Below, piece by piece: positions 61,601 through 64,000 of a DNA stretch of 64,000 nucleotides. Within the stretch, counting starts at the first letter, position 1. The number at the start of each line of letters is the position of its first letter. The position numbers and the translations under genes were made by a program. Below the pieces are notes generated by a model. That model was given only the letters and a program-made list of their open reading frames with translations. It was not told the origin of the DNA and did not search any database. This stretch comes from Asterias rubens (Eukaryota), in NCBI RefSeq assembly GCF_902459465.1, contig NC_047076.1, positions 4,402,001-4,466,000 on the forward strand. Reading direction: 5' to 3'.

Positions 61601-64000
61601 AGCCAGTCACATATTGTACATGCAACATGGTAGTTCAGCCTGTAACCAGTGGTAACCTTATTTTGGTAAGCATAATTTCTTTATGCTTAGCTACTTTTTA
61701 TGCTTAAGCAGCTCTATGAAATTGGGCCCTGATCAACAAGCCACTACCCAGACTGCACAATTCGCAAACAATTTATAGTACAGCTCTCTCTTCGGCAGCA
61801 CTTCTTTATACTTTTGTGATGTCAGACTTTTGGCTTCTGACTGACACCAATGCACAAAGATATTTACAAATTAGGTATCTAGACCGCCAACATAATGGCT
61901 AGATAGCTCAATTGGTAGAGCACTGGCATATTAATCCAGAGATCCCAGGTTTAAGTCCTGCTCTAGGCAATTTGTCATGCATCATTATACTCATACAAAA
62001 ACAATATATTTTATGTGACTATTAATGTTGGTTTTTACCCATACACCGATGTGTGTTAGCACTGTATACTCAGTACTTTCCCGAGTCCTGTGAAATAAAT
62101 ATCACAGGCATGTTACTTGGGTGGGATTTGAACCCACGACCCTTGCTATTCTAGAGCAGTGTCTTACCAACTAGACTACCGAGGTTGGAGGTAGCTAGAG
62201 GCATCTCTTATAAACAATATATGAATTTATTACTTGTGTTAAACTCAAGGTTTGTGCCAACCGTGCCTGGGCTCAGGTCTACAAAGATGCCTGTGGAACA
62301 AGCTTGGGACCTCATGCATCAGTCAGTAGCGCAGTCAAAACATACTATATCAGGTGATGATTTCTCTACTTTTTGACCAAATAACCAATTTACATTTATC
62401 TAACAAATTGATTTCTCAAATCCACCACTACCCCACTGTCATTTTAAACTTGATACAATTTTCCTGGAAATACACGGAAAAACAGGGCTCAAACACTTTG
62501 AGAAACATCCAAAAGACCACAGGGCTTGCAGCTTAAAATGTTTATTAAACTAGAATTCTTGCCACGGCATTTTTTTATTATGATTCGGGGCAAGCTTTTG
62601 CGTAGTTGCATTTAAGCAGTGGCAAACACAATTCTGACTAAATGTCTATGAAACAATTGCACCGTCTGGGTTTTCTTATCTGGAAGTTGCTATACACAAA
62701 AGCTTGCTCCGAACCACTTGACATAGCAACTGCCTCTGTAGTCGGAAGAATTCACACTTAAGCAGTTACATGTGAGTAAGCAAGTCATTGTACCAGATCA
62801 TTCAAAACTTGTAAATGACTTATTGGCCCTACAATCTACCATCGAGCAGGAGGTTTAACATATAATTTAACAAACTTTATTTCAGATACCTCCTTCCTTA
62901 TGAACTGCATGAACTACGCTCAGTTGATGTCGATAAAACATTGAGATCATCTGAGACGGACCACAGAAAGCACGCCAAGAAACACCATAAGACTAAGAGT
63001 AAGAAACACACAAAGTATCCGAAGCAAGTCGCACAAATGTCTAAACAAGCCCCGTCAGTCACCACTAACCAGAAGTGCCTATCCAATCGACCAATCACCA
63101 TGTCCTGTCAGCATAACAGACCAATAGTAGGGCTTGAGCGGACGTGTCAGCCTGTGATTGGACAAGCAGCTGTGACCTATCAACCAGTTGGTGGTCTTTA
63201 TCAGCCAATGACAACCAAGAGTCAACATTGGTATCCAATAGCAGATGAGGAGAAATCTGAAAGGGCTCACATTGGTTCTCAGGGACAACCATGCTTAGCA
63301 CCAACACCACATGGCTTCCAAAAAGGTACTGAACAGCGATACGTATCCATATATATTTTTTGTTACATCTCAAAGAGGCATCATTCTACAGCTTTCTGTA
63401 CTGTGGTCAATTTGAATCCCTAATCATAACCGCCCCAGACAGTTTATTGGTGGGGAGAGCAGTCACCTGTAGATATAACTTCGGCTAGAAATGTGTAAAC
63501 ATAGGCGTGGCGCGCAAGCTTTCCACTTAGGAGCTTATTTACACAAACTAAAATAAATACACCTGTAATCAATGTACTATTATTCAACTATTAGTGCACG
63601 CGTGCATGTACACACAGGGGTTGAGCGCCGCAGGCATTTTGACACTTCCCAAAACGGAACATGAGTATGACAAGCTGGAAATTTACAACAAATTAAGGAT
63701 AGATTTTCAAAAGTTTGTACGATTTTTTAAATTCATTAATAAAAATCAACAAGTGGTGACTCGGTCTTGAACGTTCTTTTAAAATATTGCAGGGTCGTGG
63801 CCGTGCAATCAGCTTGGTCCTTTAACATACGTTCAAGACCTCATACCACTCTTTTATTTCCTTATTTTTGTATAGATGCAGATGGTTCATCAGGAGGGTT
63901 TATTGACGTAGATTATTTACAGGAAGAGTCCAATCAAGCCTTGATAGAGCTGAAGGTTATGGAGGAGATGCTGAGTAGTCTGGATAATCAGGACGGCAAA
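55616..64000 (+). CDS. ZCWPW2: ZCWPW2-like protein with zf-CW, PWWP, AT-hook and ARID domains; 3' end beyond the window
   Basis: Exons 55616-55648 (tentative start), 56997-57130, 57486-57611, 57867-58050, 58502-58700, 59592-59734, 60382-60528, 61154-61312, 62250-62353, 62886-63325, 63876->64000; all phases match. CW: WVQCEDEACLKWR...WFCHMN...RC. PWWP: GSLVWAKMTGHVRWPAIL...EYHVEFLG. The CW-PWWP linker CGYRYIFSQLPKGSLV resembles recalled ZCWPW2 CGFKIVYSQLPLGSLV. Confidence 0.85.
56027..56406. mobile_element. 380-bp almost fully palindromic TTAA-flanked MITE
   Basis: TTAA|AGGAACACGTTGCCTTGGATCGG ... CCGATCCAAGGCAACGTGTTCCT|TTAA; inverse symmetry continues to a central GGGAGT...ACTCCC hairpin. 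Confidence 0.85.

Noticed and set aside
61895-61970. tRNA-like sequence GGCTAGATAGCTCAATTGGTAGAGCA...
   Set aside because: Degenerate B-box and poor stem pairing; treated as a SINE head. The same applies to the other tRNA-like heads, so no true tRNA gene is called.

Overview
AT-rich, intron-rich animal genomic DNA, probably an invertebrate deuterostome such as an echinoderm (inferred from gene structure and repeat style, not provable here). I assembled five spliced genes by hand from GT-AG boundaries, with frame preserved at every junction: a TEX12-like gene (+, 138 aa, invisible in the ORF track), OXNAD1 (-, 7 exons, 312 aa), a DPY19L1-like C-mannosyltransferase (-, 21 exons, 725 aa), SPATA48/SPMIP7 (+, 8 exons, 446 aa, head-to-head with DPY19L1), and a ZCWPW2-like gene (+, runs off the right edge). 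A probable signal-peptide exon of a sixth gene runs off the left edge. The ZCWPW2-like protein is the most unusual element: after zf-CW and PWWP it carries an AT-hook and a complete ARID domain split over three exons. Three of the five genes have germline-associated vertebrate homologues. About 1.7-15.1 kb is an unexplained composite repeat block (2.3-kb duplicated module, satellite, palindrome/CCAAT array, decayed ORF-like sequence). Introns hold many MITEs and tRNA-derived SINEs. Gene identities rest on recalled vertebrate protein sequences, not database searches. Repeat boundaries are approximate unless a TSD is quoted.
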